Notes under the pieces: model-generated
Seen by the model: only the letters and a program-made list of their open reading frames with translations
Told to the model about the DNA's origin: nothing
Database searches by the model: none
Shown: piece by piece, positions 56,938-59,786 of the stretch
Layout of the letters: each line of letters opens with the position of its first letter
Numbering within the stretch: position 1 is the first letter of the stretch
Source of the DNA: a virus
Taxonomy: Duplodnaviria; Caudoviricetes
Reading direction: 5' to 3' (one strand)
DNA: 59,786 nt
IMG/VR virus record: IMGVR_UViG_3300027326_000002
Coordinates: 1 to 59,786 of that record
Program-made: the position numbers and the translations under genes

Positions 56938-57140
56938 GGGGTGCTGAAAAATTTTTCAGATTTTCGAAATTGCGAAATTGAAAATTTTTACTGGCGAGAG
57001 GGGAATTTGGATTTTGGGTTTGGGGTTCGCGCAGAGGTAGTCGCCGCCGAGGGGGTAAGGCCTCCTGCCCCGCGAGCCCCTCCCCCTGCCCCGCCACCCC
57101 CTTCAAAAAGAGATCCCGAGCAAAGATTCCGTAGCGGTCA

Positions 57141-57425
57141 CTAGTGAATGCGAGCCCCTCCCGCGATCTCGACAGCGTCTCGAACGTGCTTGGCGACTCC
57201 CGCGACCACGGAAACCCAATTTGTCCCTTCTGCTACCGGGGTCTTTCCACTCTTCAGGAGGCTATCGAGCACCTCCACTGCGATCCGCTTTGCCGTGCCC
57301 TGGACATCCATGTCGCGGCTCACGGTGAACGCGGCCTGTTTCGACGTCCCGTCGTCCCAGGAGAACAGCACGCCCGCGGCTTGGCGATTCGCGGGGTCTT
57401 CGAGACGTCGGAGTTCGAGTTGCAT
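57141..57425 (-). CDS. hypothetical protein
   Basis: MQLELRRLED..., 94 aa, preceded by CACAAT-8 nt-ATG. Confidence 0.6.
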   Translation of the reverse strand: MQLELRRLEDPANRQAAGVLFSWDDGTSKQAAFTVSRDMDVQGTAKRIAVEVLDSLLKSGKTPVAEGTNWVSVVAGVAKHVRDAVEIAGGARIH

Positions 57426-57474
57426 GGGTGCGTATTGTGCGCCTGACGGGCTGGAAATGGCGAATCGTGGTTGA

Positions 57475-57548
57475 GGATTCAGTTTTTGTGAACGATGAAG
57501 CCTATGAATATGCAAACTATTTGCATGGATTCAGTTTTTGTGAACGAT
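57475..57548. repeat. 22-bp direct repeat flanking a 30-bp spacer that contains a palindrome
   Basis: GGATTCAGTTTTTGTGAACGAT at 57475 and 57527. ATGCAAA-CTA-TTTGCAT at 57510-57526. Confidence 0.9.
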
Positions 57549-57670
57549 TCGGCCTCGATCGCGCAGGGAATTCGAACCGTTTGCGGCAATAGCGAACGTC
57601 TGTAATTTTTTGCAGATCCATCTAAACAACTCATTGGACGGTTAGCCCCAACCTTCCGAGAATAGACCTC

Positions 57671-57820
57671 ATGAACTCCAAACCGCTCCGCTCTGAGGCT
57701 GCTGCCAACCTGGCACTGCAAGCCGCAACCCGCAACGCCACGGCCGCCTGGCTCAAGCCAAGCACGTGCAACCGCAAGCCGGTGCCGCAATCCCTGCTGC
57801 GCCGCCTGTTCAACCGTTGA
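57671..57820 (+). CDS. 49-aa first early gene (not in ORF track)
   Basis: TTGGAC-18 nt-GAGAAT-7 nt-ATG; its stop overlaps the next RBS. Confidence 0.5.
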   Translation: MNSKPLRSEAAANLALQAATRNATAAWLKPSTCNRKPVPQSLLRRLFNR

Positions 57821-57832
57821 AAGGAACTCATC

Positions 57833-58060
57833 GTGTCCTCCCCTGCTCGCCGTGCCCATCCGACCGATCGCGTCGTCTCACGCACCGTCGCCGGACTTCG
57901 TGCCGTCTCTTACGTCATCCGCTCGTCGCACTGGGACTCATATCGCGCCGAGGTCTGGGTCGACGGCGACCTGATCTTCACCGCGGATCGCAAGACCAAG
58001 CTGGCCGCTGAACGCCTGGCCGACTCGGAACTCGACTCCGCTGTCCAACTGCTCTGCTGA
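57833..58060 (+). CDS. hypothetical early protein
   Basis: AAAGGAA RBS and GTG start. Confidence 0.7.
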   Translation: MSSPARRAHPTDRVVSRTVAGLRAVSYVIRSSHWDSYRAEVWVDGDLIFTADRKTKLAAERLADSELDSAVQLLC

Positions 58061-58086
58061 TCACCAACCCACGAAAGGAACTCACC

Positions 58087-59055
58087 ATGTCCCACGAAAT
58101 CGACACCGTCTCCCTCGGCCGCGCCTCCTACGCCTCGACGCAGCGCGAATGGCATGGCCTGGGCGAGACGATGCAGCCCGGCGCCAGCATCGAGCAATGG
58201 CAGGAAGCCGCCGGCATGGCCTTCGCCGTCCAGCGTGCGCGCGTGCGCTACGCCACGGGCCACGGCCAGGCGACCAGCGCCTACCGTGAAGTCAAAGATC
58301 GCGTTGTCCTGCTGCGCTCGGACACGGGCGCTGACCTGGGCATCGTGAGCGATTCCTATAAGGTCGTCCAACCGCGCACCGTGCTCGAATTCTTCCGTGA
58401 GTGGGCCGAGCGCGGCGGCGTGACCATCGAGTCCGCGGGCGTGCTGTTCAGTGGTGCGCGGTTCTTCGCAACCGCCAAGCTGGCCGATGGCGTGACCGTG
58501 GGCAGCTCCGACAAGGTCGTGCCCTACGCTCTCCTGTCCACCAGTGCCGATGGCTCGCTCGCGACCGAATGCCGTTGGACGACCGTGCGCACCGTGTGCA
58601 ACAACACGCTGACCATGGCCCGCAAGGGCGCGGCCTGCCACAAGGTCTCGCATCGCTCGGTCTGGAATCCGGCCGACGCACGCGCCGCGGTCGAGGCCGC
58701 GCAAGCTGAGTTCGGTGCCTTCATGGCGGCGGCTCGCACGCTGGCCGGTGTGCGCATGTCGTCCAAGGATGCGCAGGACTTCACGGTCAAGCTGTTGACC
58801 ACGGGCGCGCGTGACGCGGACAAGGCCCGCGAGTCGTCGGCCTTCATCCGGATCATGAGCCTGTTCTCGGGTGCCGGTAAAGGCGCCATGCTGGAGACCG
58901 CACGCGGCACGGGCTGGGGTTGGCTCAACGCCGTGACCGACTACGTCGACCACGATGCACGCGCCCGTTCAGACGAGCATCGCGCCGCGGCCGCGCAGTG
59001 GGGCGAGGGCGACAAGCTCAAGGCCAAGGCTCTTGACCTACTGATCCCGGCCTGA
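58087..59055 (+). CDS. DUF932/DUF945-family phage/plasmid protein
   Basis: WHGLG, RSDT...LGIVS..YKVVQP, ESAG.L..G, YALL.TS.DGS, T.VR.VCNNTL, GT.WG..NAVT.Y.DH. Confidence 0.92.
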   Translation: MSHEIDTVSLGRASYASTQREWHGLGETMQPGASIEQWQEAAGMAFAVQRARVRYATGHGQATSAYREVKDRVVLLRSDTGADLGIVSDSYKVVQPRTVLEFFREWAERGGVTIESAGVLFSGARFFATAKLADGVTVGSSDKVVPYALLSTSADGSLATECRWTTVRTVCNNTLTMARKGAACHKVSHRSVWNPADARAAVEAAQAEFGAFMAAARTLAGVRMSSKDAQDFTVKLLTTGARDADKARESSAFIRIMSLFSGAGKGAMLETARGTGWGWLNAVTDYVDHDARARSDEHRAAAAQWGEGDKLKAKALDLLIPA

Positions 59056-59130
59056 CGGTTGCAGATCCTGCCCGCGTGCTGCGCGGGCAGCAGTGTGCGA
59101 CCCGACCAACAACCACGAAAGGAAAGAGCC

Positions 59131-59370
59131 ATGAACTACGCCATCGTTACCCGATTCATCGGGCCGACCGACACGAAGGGGCCACGCGTGTCTGCCACCG
59201 CGCGGCCGGGCCGCTGCCGCGTGATCGTCGGCTGGGATCACCGCAAAGAGGAACTCAACAACCACGAAGCCGCGATGCGTGCTCTGGTCAAGAAAATGGA
59301 TTGGGACGACGGCGAGTACGTCTCGGGCCAACTGCCCGATGGTTCCTGGGCTCACTGCTACCGGGAGTGA
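59131..59370 (+). CDS. conserved phage hypothetical protein
   Basis: AIVTRFIGPTDTKGPRVSA...NH.AA..AL..K..W. Confidence 0.8.
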   Translation: MNYAIVTRFIGPTDTKGPRVSATARPGRCRVIVGWDHRKEELNNHEAAMRALVKKMDWDDGEYVSGQLPDGSWAHCYRE

Positions 59371-59372
59371 TC

Positions 59373-59465
59373 ATGATCCGCCGTCGCCACTTCGTCAGCT
59401 GGCTCGAAATCGCGCGCCGTCACCCGCAGCTGTTTGCCGCGCTGCGCTTCAAATTCAACCCGTGA
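59373..59465 (+). CDS. 30-aa peptide
   Basis: GGGAG RBS; fills the gap exactly. Confidence 0.45.
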   Translation: MIRRRHFVSWLEIARRHPQLFAALRFKFNP

Positions 59466-59479
59466 AAGGAACCCACGCC

Positions 59480-59786
59480 ATGTCCAACGCCAAGTACGAA
59501 TTCGTTCCCGGCGATACCAAGATCATCAATGGCCGCACCCTCAAGCGTATTCGCGCACTTGTCGCTATCGCAGCGCTGGGTGTGCGTATTGGCGATCTGG
59601 GTGGCTACATCGAGTCCGAAACCAATTTGCAGGTCTACGGCAACGCGTGGGTCTACGGCAACGCGCGGGTCTACGGCAACGCGCGGGTCTACGGCGACGC
59701 GCGGGTCTACGGCGACGCGCGGGTCTACGGCGACGCGCGGGTCTACGGCGACGCGCGGGTCTACGGCGACGCGCGGGTCTACGGCG
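59480..59786 (+). CDS. N-terminal part of the hexapeptide-repeat protein (continues at position 1)
   Basis: MSNAKYEF...LKRIRAL...GDLGGYIESE.NL then (VYG[N/D]A[W/R])n, open to the end of the window. Confidence 0.88.
   Translation, partial: MSNAKYEFVPGDTKIINGRTLKRIRALVAIAALGVRIGDLGGYIESETNLQVYGNAWVYGNARVYGNARVYGDARVYGDARVYGDARVYGDARVYGDARVYG
59633..59786 (+). repeat. 18-bp coding tandem repeat (right end)
   Basis: About 8.5 units. Confidence 0.97.

Noticed and set aside
57475-57548. Bona fide CRISPR array
   Set aside because: Only two short repeats, a palindromic spacer and no cas operon. The Cas4-like gene is the ordinary replication-module DUF2800.

Overview
The window is an apparently complete, circularly permuted, GC-rich tailed dsDNA phage genome of about 59.7 kb. 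The first 99 nt equal the last 99 nt, and one hexapeptide-repeat gene runs across the junction. Podovirus-like architecture is inferred from ejection-protein-like genes, a nozzle/adaptor set and no tape measure. A Proteobacterial host is inferred from spanins, a lambda-R-like lysin and sigma70 promoters. There are four transcription blocks. (1) + strand early genes, 57.67 kb across the junction to 1.2 kb. (2) - strand, 7.3 to 1.4 kb: Cro-like regulator, three HNH genes and a split primase-helicase, ending at a 30-bp inverted repeat (ori candidate). (3) + strand, 7.6 to 24.3 kb: split DUF2800/Cas4-like nuclease, Acb2 anti-CBASS sponge, DUF2815 SSB, NDT-like enzyme, family A polymerase, VRR-NUC, SNF2 helicase, DUF3310 and a glycosyltransferase/methyltransferase cluster. 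(4) - strand late genes: terminase, an atypical tRNA-Ala-like gene, portal, a 9-kb block of carbohydrate-active fibre-like genes, capsid, tail, ejection and lysis genes. No integrase was recognised. The most unusual signal is an acidic C-terminal peptide, D-D/E-D-L-A/S-G-stop, at the end of about eight unrelated proteins. It lies exactly where two normally single-chain replication enzymes are split in two by a small inserted ORF. All family assignments come from motif recognition by eye; no database search was run.
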